64,000 nucleotides of DNA, taken from NCBI GenBank assembly GCA_030390025.1, contig CM059431.1:96350001-96414000 (forward strand), in the 5' to 3' direction. The stretch comes from Squalus acanthias. Taxonomy: Eukaryota. The position numbers and the translations under genes were made by a program. This document shows positions 35,501 through 50,500 of the stretch, piece after piece. The notes beneath the pieces were generated by a model. That model did no database searches, was not told the DNA's origin, and saw only the letters and a list, made by a program, of their open reading frames with translations. Position 1 is the first letter of the stretch, and each line of letters starts with the position of its first letter.

Positions 35501-38500
35501 TGTTTAATTCCAAATCAATCCAATGAACAGTTTCCAATTCGTTCCAACCAATTCAATCCAATGAACATTTTCCATTTTGTTCCATTCCAATTCAATCCAA
35601 TACTCAGATTCCAATTCGTTCCATTCCAATTCAATCCAAATATCTCAGTTTCCAATTTGTTCCATTCCAATTCAACCCAATACTCCGTTTCAAATTCGTT
35701 CCATTCCAATTCAATCCAATGAACAGTTTCCAATTTGTTCCATTCAAATTCAGTCCAATGAACAGTTTCCAATTCTTTCCATTCCAATTCAGTCCAATGA
35801 ACAGTTTCCAATTCGTTCCATTCCAATTCAATCCAATGAACAGTTTACAATCCGTTCAATTCCAATTCAATCCAATTAAACGTTTCCAATTCTTTCCATT
35901 CCAATTCAAGCAAATGAAAAGTTGTCAATTCGTTCCATTCCAATTTAATCCAATGAACAGTTTCCAATTTGTTCCATTCAAATTCAAACCAATGAACAGT
36001 TTCCAATTCGCTCCATTCCTATTCAATCCAATGAACAGTTTCCATTTCGTTGCATTCCACTTCAATTCTATGAACAGTTTCCAATTCGTTCCATTCCAAT
36101 TCAAACCAAAGAACGGATTCCAATTCATTCCTTTCCAATTCAAACCAATACTCAGTTTCCAAATCGTTCCAGTCCAATTCAATCCAATGAACAGTTTCCA
36201 ATTTGTTCCATTACAAATCAATCCAGTGAACAGTTTCCAATTCGTTCCATTCCAATCCAATCCAATGAACAGATTCCATTTCGTTCCATTCCAAATCAAT
36301 CCAATGAACAGTTTCCAATTTGTTCCATTCCAATTGAATCCAATACTCAGATTCCAATTCGTTCCATTCCAATTCAATCCAAATATCTCAGTTTCCAATT
36401 CGTTCCAATTCCAACCAATACTCAGTTTACAATACGTTCCATTCTAATTCAATCCAATACTCAGTTTCCAATTCGTTCCATTCCAATTCAATCCAATATT
36501 CAGTTTCCAATTCGTTCCATTCAAATTCAGTCCTTGAAGAGGATCGAATTCGTGCCATTCCAATTCAATCAAATAAACAGTTTCCAATTCGTTCCATTCC
36601 TGTTCAATCCAATGAACAATTTCCAATTCGTTCCATTCCAATTCAATCCAATGAACAGCTTCCAATTCATTCCATTTCAATTCAATCCAATGAACAAGTT
36701 CCAATTCATTCCATTCCATTTCAATCCAATGCTCACTTTCCAATTCGCTCTGTGCCAATTCAATCCAAGGCTCAGTTTCCAAATCGTTCCATTCCAATTC
36801 AATCCAATGAACAATTTCCAATTCGTTCCATTCCATTGCAATCCAATGCTCAGTTTCCAATTCGCTCCGTTCCAATTCAATCCAAGGCTCAGTTTCCAAA
36901 TCGTTCCATTCCAATTCAATCCAATTAACAATTTCCACTTCGTTTCTTTCCACCTGAATCCAATACTCAGTTTCCAATTCTTTAAATTCCAATGCAATAC
37001 AATACTCAGTTTCCACTAAGTTCCAGTCCAACTCAATCCAATATTGAGTTTCCAAACCGTTCAGGTCCAATACAATCCCAGTCTCAGTTTCTAATCCGAT
37101 CCATTGCAATTCAATCCATACTCAGTTTCCAATTCGTTCCATTCTAATTCAATCCAAGACTCAGTTTCAAAATAGTTCTAGTCCACGTCAATCCAATACT
37201 CAGTTTCTAATTCGTTCCATTCCATTTCAATCCAAAAGTCTGATCCAATTTGTTCCAGTCCAATTCAAGCCAATATTCAGTTTGAATTTCGTTCCATTCC
37301 AATTCAATCCAAAATTCAGTTTCTAATCCGTTCCAGTCCACTTCAATCCAATACTCAGTTTCTAATCCGTTCCATTCCAATTCAATCCAATACTCAATTT
37401 CCAATTCGTTGCAATCCACTTCAAACCAATACTTATTTTTGAATTCTTCCCATTCCATTTCCATCCAATAGTCAGTTTCCACTTCATCCCACTCCAATTC
37501 AATCGAATACTCAGTTTCCAATTTGTTCCATTCCAATTCAACCCAATACTCTGTTTCAAATTCGTTCCATTCCAATTCAATTCAATGAACAGTTGCCAAT
37601 TCGTTCCATTAATATTCAATCCAATGAACAGTTTCCAATTTGTTCCATTCCAATTCAGTCCAATGAACAGTTTCCAATTCGTTCCATTCCAATTCAATCC
37701 AATGAAAAGTTTCCAATTTTTTTCCATTCCAATTCAATCCAATGAACAGTTTCCAATTCGTTCCATTCCAATTCAATCCAATTAAAAGTTTCCAATTCTT
37801 TCCATTCCAATTCAAGCAAATGAAAAGTTGCCAATTCGTTCCATTCCAATTTAATCCAATGAACAGTTTCCAATTCGTTCCATTCAAATTCAAATCAATG
37901 AACAGTTTCCAATTCGCTCCATTCCTATTCAATCCAATGAACAGTTTCCATTTCGTTGCATTCCACTTCAATTCTATGAACAGTTTCCAATTCGTTCCAT
38001 TACAATTCAATCCAAAACTCAGTTTCCAATTCGTTCCATTCCAATTCAATCCAAAGAACGGATTCCAATTCATTCCATTCCAATTCAAACTAATACTCAG
38101 TTTCCAAATCGTTCCAGTCCAATTCAATCCAATGAACAGTTTCCAATTTGTTCCATTACAAATCAATCCAGTGAACAGTTTCCAATTCGTTCCATTCCAA
38201 TTCAATCCAAAGAACGGATTCCAATTCATTCCATTCCAATTCAAACTAATACTCAGTTTCCAAATCGTTCCATTCCAATTCAAGCAAATGAAAAGTTTCC
38301 AATTCGTTCCATTCCAATTCAATCCAAAGAACAGTTTCCATTTCGTTCCATTACAAATCAATCCAATGAACAGTTTCCAATTTGTTTAATTCCAAATCAA
38401 TCCAATGAACAGTTTCCAATTCGTTCCAACCAATTCAATCCAACGAACATTTTCCATTTTGTTCCATTCCAATTCAATCCAATACTCAGATTCCAATTCG

Positions 38501-41500
38501 TTCCATTCCAATTCAATCCAAATATCTCAGTTTCCAATTTGTTCCATTCCAATTCAACCCAATACTCCGTTTCAAATTCGTTCCATTCCAATTCAATCCA
38601 ATGAACAGTTTCCAATTTGTTCCATTCAAATTCAGTCCAATGAACAGTTTCCAATTCTTTCCATTCCAATTCAATCCAATGAACAGTTTACAATCCGTTC
38701 AATTCCAATTCAATCCAATTAAACGTTTCCAATTCTTTCCATTCCAATTCAAGCAAATGAAAAGTTGCCAATTCGTTCCATTCCAATTTAATCCAATGAA
38801 CAGTTTCCAATTTGTTCCATTCAAATTCAAACCAATGAACAGTTTCCAATTCGCTCCATTCCTATTCAATCCAATGAACAGTTTCCATTTTGTTGCATTC
38901 CACTTCAATTCTATGAACAGTTTCCAATTCGTTCCATTCCAATTCAATCCAAAGAACGGATTCCAATTCATTCCTTTCCAATTCAAACCAATACTCAGTT
39001 TCCAAATCGTTCCAGTCCAATTCAATCCAATGAACAGTTTCCAATTTGTTCCATTACAAATCAATCCAGTGAACAGTTTCCAATTCGTTCCATTCCAATC
39101 CAATCCAATGAACAGATTCCATTTCGTTCCATTCCAAATCAATCCAGTGAACAGTTTCCAATTCGTTCCATTCCAATTGAATCCAATACTCAGATTCCAA
39201 TTCGTTCCATTCCAATTCAATCCAAATATCTCAGTTTCCAATTCGTTCCAATTCCAACCAATACTCAGTTTACAATACGTTCCATTCTAATTCAATCCAA
39301 TACTCAGTTTCCAATTCGTTCCATTCCAATTCAATCCAATATTCAGTTTCCAATTCGTTCCATTCAAATTCAGTCCTTGAAGAGGATCGAATTCGTGCCA
39401 TTCCAATTCAATCAAATAAACAGTTTCCAATTCGTTCCATTCCTGTTCAATCCAATGAACAATTTCCAATTCGTTCCATTCCAATTCAATCCAATGAACA
39501 GCTTCCAATTCATTCCATTTCAATTCAATCCAATGAACAAGTTCCAATTCATTCCATTCCATTTCAATCCAATGCTCACTTTCCAATTCGCTCTGTGCCA
39601 ATTCAATCCAAGGCTCAGTTTCCAAATCGTTCCATTCCAATTCAATCCAATGAACAATTTCCAATTCGTTCCATTCCATTGCAATCCAATGCTCAGTTTC
39701 CAATTCGCTCCGTTCCAATTCAATCCAAGGCTCAGTTTCCAAATCGTTCCATTCCAATTCAATCCAATTAACAATTTCCACTTCGTTTCTTTCCACCTGA
39801 ATCCAATACTCAGTTTCCAATTCTTTAAATTCCAATGCAATACAATACTCAGTTTCCACTAAGTTCCAGTCCAACTCAATCCAATATTGAGTTTCCAAAC
39901 CGTTCAGGTCCACTACAATCCCAGTCTCAGTTTCTAATTCGATCCATTGCAATTCAATCCATACCTAGTTTCCAATTCGTTCCATTCTAATTCAATCCAA
40001 GACTCAGTTTCAAAATAGTTCCAGTCCACGTCAATCCAATACTCAGTTACTAATTCGTTCCATTCCATTTCAATCCAAAAGTCTGATCCAATTTGTTCCA
40101 GTCCAATTCAAGCCAATACTCAGTTTGAAGTTCGTTCCATTCCAATTCAATCCAAAATTCAGTTTCTAATCCGTTCCAGTCCACTTCAATCCAATACTCA
40201 GTTACTAATCCGTTCCATTCCAATTCAATCCAATACTCAATTTCCAATTCGTTGCAATCCACTTCAAACCAATACTTATTTTTGAATTCTTCCCATTCCA
40301 TTTCCATCCAATAGTCAGTTTCCACTTCATCCCACTCCAATTCAATCGAATGCTCAGTTTCCAATTTGTTCCATTCCAATTCAACCCAATACTCCGTTTC
40401 AAATTCGTTCCATTCCAATTCAATTCAATGAACATTTGCCGATTCGTTCCATTAATATTCAATCCAATGAACAGTTTCCGATTCTTTCCATTCCAATTCA
40501 GTCCAATGAACAGTTTCCAATTCGTTCTATTCCAATTCAATCCAATGAAAAGTTTCCAATTTTTTCCATTCCAATTCAATCCAATGAACAGTTTACAATC
40601 CGTTCAATTCCAATTCAATCCAATTGAAAGTTTCCAATTCTTTCCATTCCAATTCAAGCAAATGAAAAGTTGCCAATTCGTTCCATTCCAATTTAATCCA
40701 ATGAACAGTTTCCAATTCGTTCCATTCAAATTCAAACCAATGAACAGTTTCCAATTCGTCCCATTCCTAATCAATCCAATGAACAGTTTCCAAATCATTC
40801 CATTCCAATTCAATCCAATGAACAGTTTCCATTTCGTTCCATTACAAATCAATCCAATGAACAGTTTCCAATTCGTTCAATTCCAAATCAATCCAATGAA
40901 CAGTTTCCAATTCGTTCCATTCCAATTCAATCCAATGAACATTTTCCATTTTGTTCCATTCCAATTCAATCCAATACTCAGATTCCAATTCGTTCCATTC
41001 CAATTTAATCCAAATATCTCAGTTTCCAATTTGTTCCATTCCAATTCAACCCAATACTCCGTTTCAAATTCGTTCCATTCCAATTCAATCCAATGAACAG
41101 TTTACAATCCGTTCAATTGCAATTCAATCCAATTAAAAGTTTCCAATTCTTTCCATTCCAATTCAAGCAAATGAAAAGTTGCCAATTCGTTCCATTCCAA
41201 TTTAATCCAATGAACAGTTTCGAATTTGTTCCATTCAAATTCAAACCAATGAACAGTTTCCATTTCGTTCCATTCCAAATCAATCCAATGAACAGTTTCC
41301 AATTCGTTCCATTCCAATTCAATCCAATATTCAGTTTCCAATTCGTTCCATTCAAATTTAGTCCAATGAAGAGTATCGAATTCGTTCCATTCCAATTCAA
41401 TCAAATAAACAGTTTCCAATTCGTTCCATTCCTGTTCAATCCAATGAACAATTTCCAATTCATTCCATTCCAATTCAATCCAATCAACAGCTTCCAATTC

Positions 41501-44500
41501 ATTCCATTCCAATTCAATCCAATGAACAAGTTCCAATTCATTCCATTCCATTTCAATCCAATGCTCACTTTCCAATTCGCTCCATTCCAATTCAATCCAA
41601 GGCTCAGTTTCCAAATCGTTCCATTCCAATTCAATCCAATGAACAATTTCCAATTCGTTTCTTTCCACCTGAATCCAATACTCAGTTTCCAATTCTTTAA
41701 ATTCCAATGCAATACAATACTCAGTTTCCACTAAGTTCCAGTCCAACTCAATCCAATATTGAGTTTCCAAACCGTTCAGGTCCACTACAATCCCAGTCTC
41801 AATTTCTAATTCGATCCATTGCAATTCAATCCATACTCAGTTTCCAATTCGTTCCATTCTAATTCAATCCAAGACTCAGTTTCAAAATAGTTCCAGTCCA
41901 CGTCAATCCAATACTCAGTTTCTAATTCGTTCCATTCCATTTCAATCCAAAAGTCTGATCCAATTTGTTCCAGTCCAATTCAAGCCAATACTCAGTTTCA
42001 AGTTCGTTCCATTCCAATTCAATCCAATACTCAATTTCCAATTCGTTCCAGTCCACTTCAATCCAATACTCAGTTTCTAATCCGTTCCATTCCAATTCAA
42101 TCCAATACTCAATTTCCAATTCGTTGCAATCCACTTCAAACCAATACTTATTTTTGAATTCTTCCCATTCCATTTCCATCCAATAGTCAGTTTCCACTTC
42201 ATCCCACTCCAATTCAATCAAATACTCAGTTTCCAATTCTTTCCATTCCAATTCAGTCCAATGAACAGTTTCCAATTCGTTCCATTCCAATTCAATCCAA
42301 TGAAAAGTTTCCAATTTTTTCCATTCCAATTCAATCCAATGAACAGTTTACAATCCGTTGAATTCCAATTCAATCCAATTAAAAGTATCCAATTCTTTCC
42401 ATTCCAATTCAAGCAAATGAAAAGTTGCCAATTCGTTCCATTCCAATTTAATCCAATGAACAGTTTCCAATTCGTTCCATTCAAATTCAAACCAATGAAC
42501 AGTTTCCAATTCGTCCCATTCCTATTCAATCCAATGAATAGTTTCCAATTCATTCCATTCCAATTCAATCCAATGAACAGTTTCCATTTCGTTCCATTAC
42601 AGATCAATCCAATGAACAGTTTCCAATTCGTTCAATTCCAAATCAATCCAATGAACAGTTTCCAATTCGTTCCATTCCAATTCAATCCAATGAACATTTT
42701 CCATTTTGTTCCATTCCAATTCAATCCAATACTCAGATTCCAATTCGTTCCATTCCAATTTAATCCAAATATCTCAGTTTCCAATTTGTTCCATTCCAAT
42801 TCAACCCAATACTCCGTTTCAAATTCGTTCCATTCCAATTCAATCCAATGAACAGTTTCCAATTTGTTCCATTCAAATTCAGTCCAATGAACAGTTTCCA
42901 ATTCTTTCCATTCCAATTCAATCCAATGAACAGTTTACAATCCGTTCAATTGCAATTCAATCCAATTAAAAGTTTCCAATTCTTTCCATTCCAATTCAAG
43001 CAAATGAAAAGTTGCCAATTCGTTCCATTCCAATTTAATCCAATGAACAGTTTCCAATTTGTTCCATTCAAATTCAAACCAATGAACAGTTTCTAATTTG
43101 TTCCATTCCAATTCAATACAATGAACAGTTTCCATTTCATTCCATTCCAAATCAATCCAATGAACAGTTTCCAATTCGTTCCATTCCAATTCAATCCAAA
43201 TATCTCAGTTTCCAATTCGTTCCATTCCAATTCCAACCAATACTCAGTTTACAATTCGTTCCATTCTAATTCAATCCAATACTCAGTTTCCAATTCGTTC
43301 CATTCCAATTCAATCCAATATTCAGTTTCCAATTCGTTCCATTCAAATTTAGTCCAATGAAGAGTATCGAATTCGTTCCATTCCAATTCAATCAAATAAA
43401 CAGTTTCCAATTCGTTCCATTCCTGTTCAATCCAATGAACAATTTCCAATTCATTCCATTCCAATTCAATCCAATCAACAGCTTCCAATTCATTCCATTC
43501 CAATTCAATCCAATGAACAAGTTCCAATTCATTCCATTCCATTTCAATCCAATGCTCACTTTCCAATTCGCTCCATTCCAATTCAATCCAAGGCTCAGTT
43601 TCCAAATCGTTCCATTCCAATTCAATCCAATTAACAATTTCCAATTCGTTTCTTTCCACCTGAATCCAATACTCAGTTTCCAATTCTTTAAATTCCAATG
43701 CAATACAATACTCAGTTTCCACTAAGTTCCAGTCCAACTCAATCCAATATTGAGTTTCCAAACCGTTCAGGTCCACTACAATCCCAGTCTCAATTTCTAA
43801 TTCGATCCATTGCAATTCAATCCATACTCAGTTTCCAATTCGTTCCATTCTAATTCAATCCAAGACTCAGTTTCAAAATAGTTCCAGTCCACGTCAATCC
43901 AATACTCAGTTTCTAATTCGTTCCATTCCATTTCAATCCAAAAGTCTGATCCAATTTGTTCCAGTCCAATTCAAGCCAATACTCAGTTTCAAGTTCGTTC
44001 CATTCCAATTCAATCCAAAATTCAGTTTCTAATCCGTTCCAGTCCACTTCAATCCAATACTCAGTTTCTAATCCGTTCCATTCCAATTCAATCCAATACT
44101 CAATTTCCAATTCGTTGCAATCCACTTCAAACCAATACTTATTTTTGAATTCTTCCCATTCCATTTCCATCCAATAGTCAGTTTCCACTTCATCCCACTC
44201 CAATTCAATCGAATACTCAGTTTCCAATTCTTTCCATTCCAATTCAGTCCAATGAACAGTTTCCAATTTTTTCCATTCCAATTCAATCCAATGAACAGTT
44301 TACAATCCGTTGAATTCCAATTCAATCCAATTAAAAGTTTCCAATTCTTTCCATTCCAATTCAAGCAAATGAAAAGTTGCCAATTCGTTCCATTCCAATT
44401 TAATCCAATGAACAGTTTCCAATTTGTTCCATTCAAATTCAAACCAATGAACAGTTTCCAATTCGTCCCATTCCTATTCAATCCAATGAACAGTTTCCAA

Positions 44501-47500
44501 TTCGTTCCATTCCAATTCAATCCAATGAACAGTTTCCATTTCGTTCCATTTCAGATCAATCCAATGAACAGTTTCCAATTCGTTCAATTCCAAATCAATC
44601 CAATGAACAGTTTCCAATTCGTTCCATTCCAATTCAATCCAATGAACATTTTCCATTTTGTTCCATTCCAATTCAATCCAATACTCAGATTCCAATTCGT
44701 TCCAATCCAATTCAATCCAAATATCTCAGTTTCCAATTTGTTCCATTCCAATTCAACCCAATACTCCGTTTCAAATTCGTTCCATTCCAATTCAATCCAA
44801 TGAACAGTTTCCAATTTGTTCCATTCAAATTCAGTCCAATGAACAGTTTCCAATTCTTTCCATTCCAAATCAGTCCAATGAACAGTTTCCAATTCGTTCC
44901 ATTCCAATTCAATCCAATGAACAGTTTACAATCCGTTGAATTCCAATTCAATCCAATTAAAAGTTTCCAATTCTTTCCATTCCAATTCAAGCAAATGAAA
45001 AGTTGCCAATTCGTTCCATTCCAATTTAATCCAATGAACAGTTTCCAATTTGTTCCATTCAAATTCAAACCAATGAACAGTTTCCAATTCGCTCCATTCC
45101 TATTCAATCCAATGAACAGTTTCCATTTCATTGCATTCCACTTCAATTCTATGAACAGTTTCCAATTCGTTCCATTCCAATTCAATCCAAAGAACGGATT
45201 CCAATTCATTCCTTTCCAATTCAAACCAATACTCAGTTTCCAAATCATTCCAGTCCAATTCAATCCAATGAACAGTTTCCAATTTGTTCCATTACAAATC
45301 AATCCAGTGAACAGTTTCCAATTCGTTCCATTCCAATCCAATCCAATGAACAGATTCCAATTCCTTCCATTCCAATTCAATCCAATGAACAGTTTCCAAA
45401 TCGTTCCATTCCAATTCAATACAATGAACAGTTTCCATTTCGTTCCATTCCAAATCAATCCAATGAACAGTTTCCAATTCGTTCCATTCCAATTCAATCC
45501 AATACTCAGATTCCAATTCGTTCCATTCCAATTCAATCCAAATATCTCAGTTTCCAATTCATTCCATTCCAATTACAACCAATACTCAGTTTACAATTCG
45601 TTCCATTCTAATTCAATCCAATACTCAGTTTACAATTCGTTCCATTCCAATTCAATCCAATATTCAGTTTCCAATTCATTCCATTCAAATTCAGTCCAAT
45701 GAAGAGTATCGAATTCGTTCCATTCCAATTCAATCAAATAAACAGTTTCCAATTCGTTCCATTCCTGTTCAATCCAATGAACAATTTCCAATTCGTTCCA
45801 TTCCAATTCAATCCAAGGAACAAGTTCCAATTCATTCCATTCCATTTCAATCCAATGCTCACTTTCCAATTCGCTCTGTTCCAATTCAATCCAAGGCTCA
45901 GTTTCCAAATCGTTCCATTCCAATTCAATCCAATGAACAATTTCCAATTCGTTTCTTTCCACCTGAATCCAATACTCAGTTTACAATTCTTTCATTTCCA
46001 ATGCAATACAATACTCAGTTTCCACTAAGTTCCAGTCCAACTCAATCCAATATTGAGTTTCCAAACCGTTCAGGTCCAATACAATCCCAGTCTCAGTTTC
46101 TAATCCGATCCATTGCAATTCAATCCATACTCAGTTTCCAATTCGTTCCATTCTAATTCAATCCAAGACTCAGTTTCAAAATAGTTCTAGTCCACGTCAA
46201 TCCAATACTCAGTTTCTAATTCGTTCCATTCCATTTCAATCCAAAAGTCTGATCCAATTTGTTCCAGTCCAATTCAAGCCAATACTCAGTTTGAAGTTCG
46301 TTCCATTCCAATTCAATCCAAAATTCAGTTTCTAATCCGTTCCAGTCCACTTCAATCCAATACTCAGTTTCTAATCCGTTCCATTCCAATTCAATCCAAT
46401 ACTCAGTTTCCAATTCGTTGCAATCCACTTCAAACCAATACTTATTTTTGAATTCTTCCCATTCCATTTCCATCCAATAGTCAGTTTCCACTTCATCCCA
46501 CTCCAATTCAATCGAATACTCAGTTTCCAATTCTTTCCATTCCAATTCAGTCCAATGAACAGTTTCCAATTTTTTCCATTCCAATTCAATCCAATGAACA
46601 GTTTACAATCCGTTGAATTCCAATTCAATCCAATTAAAAGTTTCCAATTCTTTCCATTCCAATTCAAGCAAATGAAAAGTTGCCAATTCGTTCCATTCCA
46701 ATTTAATCCAATGAACAGTTTCCAATTTGTTCCATTCAAATTCAAACCAATGAACAGTTTCCAATTCGTCCCATTCCTATTCAATCCAATGAACAGTTTC
46801 CAATTCGTTCCATTCCAATTCAATCCAATGAACAGTTTCCATTTCGTTCCATTTCAGATCAATCCAATGAACAGTTTCCAATTCGTTCAATTCCAAATCA
46901 ATCCAATGAACAGTTTCCAATTCGTTCCATTCCAATTCAATCCAATGAACATTTTCCATTTTGTTCCATTCCAATTCAATCCAATACTCAGATTCCAATT
47001 CGTTCCAATCCAATTCAATCCAAATATCTCAGTTTCCAATTTGTTCCATTCCAATTCAACCCAATACTCCGTTTCAAATTCGTTCCATTCCAATTCAATC
47101 CAATGAACAGTTTCCAATTTGTTCCATTCAAATTCAGTCCAATGAACAGTTTCCAATTCTTTCCATTCCAAATCAGTCCAATGAACAGTTTCCAATTCAT
47201 TCCATTCCAATTCAATCCAATGAACAGTTTACAATCCGTTGAATTCCAATTCAATCCAATTAAAAGTTTCCAATTCTTTCCATTCCAATTCAAGCAAATG
47301 AAAAGTTGCCAATTCGTTCCATTCCAATTTAATCCAATGAACAGTTTCCAATTTGTTCCATTCAAATTCAAACCAATGAACAGTTTCCAATTCGCTCCAT
47401 TCCTATTCAATCCAATGAACAGTTTCCATTTCATTGCATTCCACTTCAATTCTATGAACAGTTTCCAATTCGTTCCATTCCAATTCAATCCAAAGAACGG

Positions 47501-50500
47501 ATTCCAATTCATTCCTTTCCAATTCAAACCAATACTCAGTTTCCAAATCATTCCAGTCCAATTCAATCCAATGAACAGTTTCCAATTTGTTCCATTACAA
47601 ATCAATCCAGTGAACAGTTTCCAATTCGTTCCATTCCAATCCAATCCAATGAACAGTTTCCAATTCGTTCCATTCCAATTCAATCCAATACTCAGATTCC
47701 AATTCGTTCCATTCCAATTCAATCCAAATATCTCAGTTTCCAATTCATTCCATTCCAATTACAACCAATACTCAGTTTACAATTCGTTCCATTCTAATTC
47801 AATCCAATACTCAGTTTACAATTCGTTCCATTCCAATTCAATCCAATATTCAGTTTCCAATTCATTCCATTCAAATTCAGTCCAATGAAGAGTATCGAAT
47901 TCGTTCCATTCCAATTCAATCAAATAAACAGTTTCCAATTCGTTCCATTCCTGTTCAATCCAATGAACAATTTCCAATTCGTTCCATTCCAATTCAATCC
48001 AAGGAACAAGTTCCAATTCATTCCATTCCATTTCAATCCAATGCTCACTTTCCAATTCGCTCTGTTCCAATTCAATCCAAGGCTCAGTTTCCAAATCGTT
48101 CCATTCCAATTCAATCCAATGAACAATTTCCAATTCGTTTCTTTCCACCTGAATCCAATACTCAGTTTACAATTCTTTCATTTCCAATGCAATACAATAC
48201 TCAGTTTCCACTAAGTTCCAGTCCAACTCAATCCAATATTGAGTTTCCAAACCGTTCAGGTCCAATACAATCCCAGTCTCAGTTTCTAATCCGATCCATT
48301 GCAATTCAATCCATACTCAGTTTCCAATTCGTTCCATTCTAATTCAATCCAAGACTCAGTTTCAAAATAGTTCTAGTCCACGTCAATCCAATACTCAGTT
48401 TCTAATTCGTTCCATTCCATTTCAATCCAAAAGTCTGATCCAATTTGTTCCAGTCCAATTCAAGCCAATACTCAGTTTGAAGTTCGTTCCATTCCAATTC
48501 AATCCAAAATTCAGTTTCTAATCCGTTCCAGTCCACTTCAATCCAATACTCAGTTTCTAATCCGTTCCATTCCAATTCAATCCAATACTCAGTTTCCAAT
48601 TCGTTGCAATCCACTTCAAACCAATACTTATTTTTGAATTCTTCCCATTCCATTTCCATCCAATAGTCAGTTTCCACTTCATCCCACTCCAATTCAATCG
48701 AATACTCAGTTTCCAATTCGTTCCATTCCAATTCAACCCAATACTCCGTTTCAAATTCGTTCCATTCCAATTCAATCCAATGAACATTTGCCAATTCGTT
48801 CCATTAATATTCAATCCAATGAACAGTTTCCAATTCTTTCCATTCCAATTCAGTCCAATGAACAGTTTCCAATTCGTTCCATTCCAATTCAATCCAATGA
48901 ACAGTTTACAATCCGTTCAATTCCAATTCAATCCAATTAAAAGTTTCCAATTCTTTCCATTCCAATTCAAGCAAATGAAAAGTTGCCAATTCGTTCCATT
49001 CCAATATAATCCAAGGAACAGTTTCCAATTCGTTCCATTCAAATTCAAACCAATGAACAGTTTCCAATTCGTCCCATTCCTATTCAATCCAATGAACAGT
49101 TTCCATTTCGTTGCATTCCACTTCAATTCTATGAACAGTTTCCAATTCGTTCCATTACAATTCAATCCAAAACTCAAGTTTCCAATTCGTTCCATTCCAA
49201 TTCAATCCAAAGAACGGATTCCAATTCATTCCATTCCAATTCAAACCAATACTCAGTTTCCAAATCGTTCCAGTCCAATTCAATCCAATGAACAGTTTCC
49301 AATTTGTTCCATTACAAATCAATCCAGTGAACAGTTTCCAATTCGTTCCATTCCAATCCAATCCAATGAACAGTTTCCAATTCCTTCCATTCCAATTCAA
49401 TACAATGAACAGTTTCCAAATAATTCCATTCCAATTCAATCCAATGAACAGTTTCCATTTCGTTCCATTCCAATTCAATCCAATGAACAGTTTCCAATTC
49501 GTTCCATTCCAAATCAAACCAATGAACAGTTTCCAATTCGTTCACTTCCAATTCAATCCAATGAACATTTTCCATTTTCTTCCATTCCAATTCAATCCAA
49601 TACTCAGATTCCAATTCGTTCCATTCCAATTCAATCCAAATATCTCAGTTTCCAATTCGTTCCATTCCAATTCAATACAATGAACAGTTTCCAAATAGTT
49701 CCATTCCAATTCAATCCAATGAACAGTTTCCATTTCGTTCCATTAGAAATCAATCCAATGAACAGTTTCCAATTCGTTCCATTCCAAATCAGTCCAATGA
49801 ACAGTTTCCAAATCGTTCCATTACAATTCAATCTAAAACTCAAGTTTCCAATTCGTTCCATTCCAATTCAATCCAAAGAACGGATTCCAATTCATTCCAT
49901 TCCAATTCAAACCAATACTCAGTTTCCAAATCGTTCCAGTCCAATTCAATCCAATGAACAGTTTCCAATTCGTTCCATTCCAATTCAATCCAAAGAACGG
50001 ATTCCAATTCATTCCATTCCAATTCAAACTAATACTCAGTTTCCAAATCGTTCCATTCCAATTCAAGCAAATGAAAAGTTTCCAATTCGTTCCATTCCAA
50101 ATCAATCCAATGAACAGTTTCCAATTTGTTTAATTCCAAATCAATCCAATGAACAGTTTCCAATTCGTTCCATTCCAATTCAATCCAATGAACATTTTCC
50201 ATTTTGTTCCATTCCAATTCAATCCAATACTCAGATTCCAATTCGTTCCATTCCAATTCAATCCAAATATCTCAGTTTCCAATTTGTTCCATTCCAATTC
50301 AACCCAATACTCCGTTTCAAATTCGTTCCATTCCAATTCAATCCAATGAACAGTTTCCAATTTGTTCCATTCAAATTCAGTCCAATGAACAGTTTCCAAT
50401 TCTTTCCATTCCAATTCAATCCAATGAACAGTTTACAATCCGTTCAATTCCAATTCAATCCAATTAAACGTTTCCAATTCTTTCCATTCCAAATCAAGCA

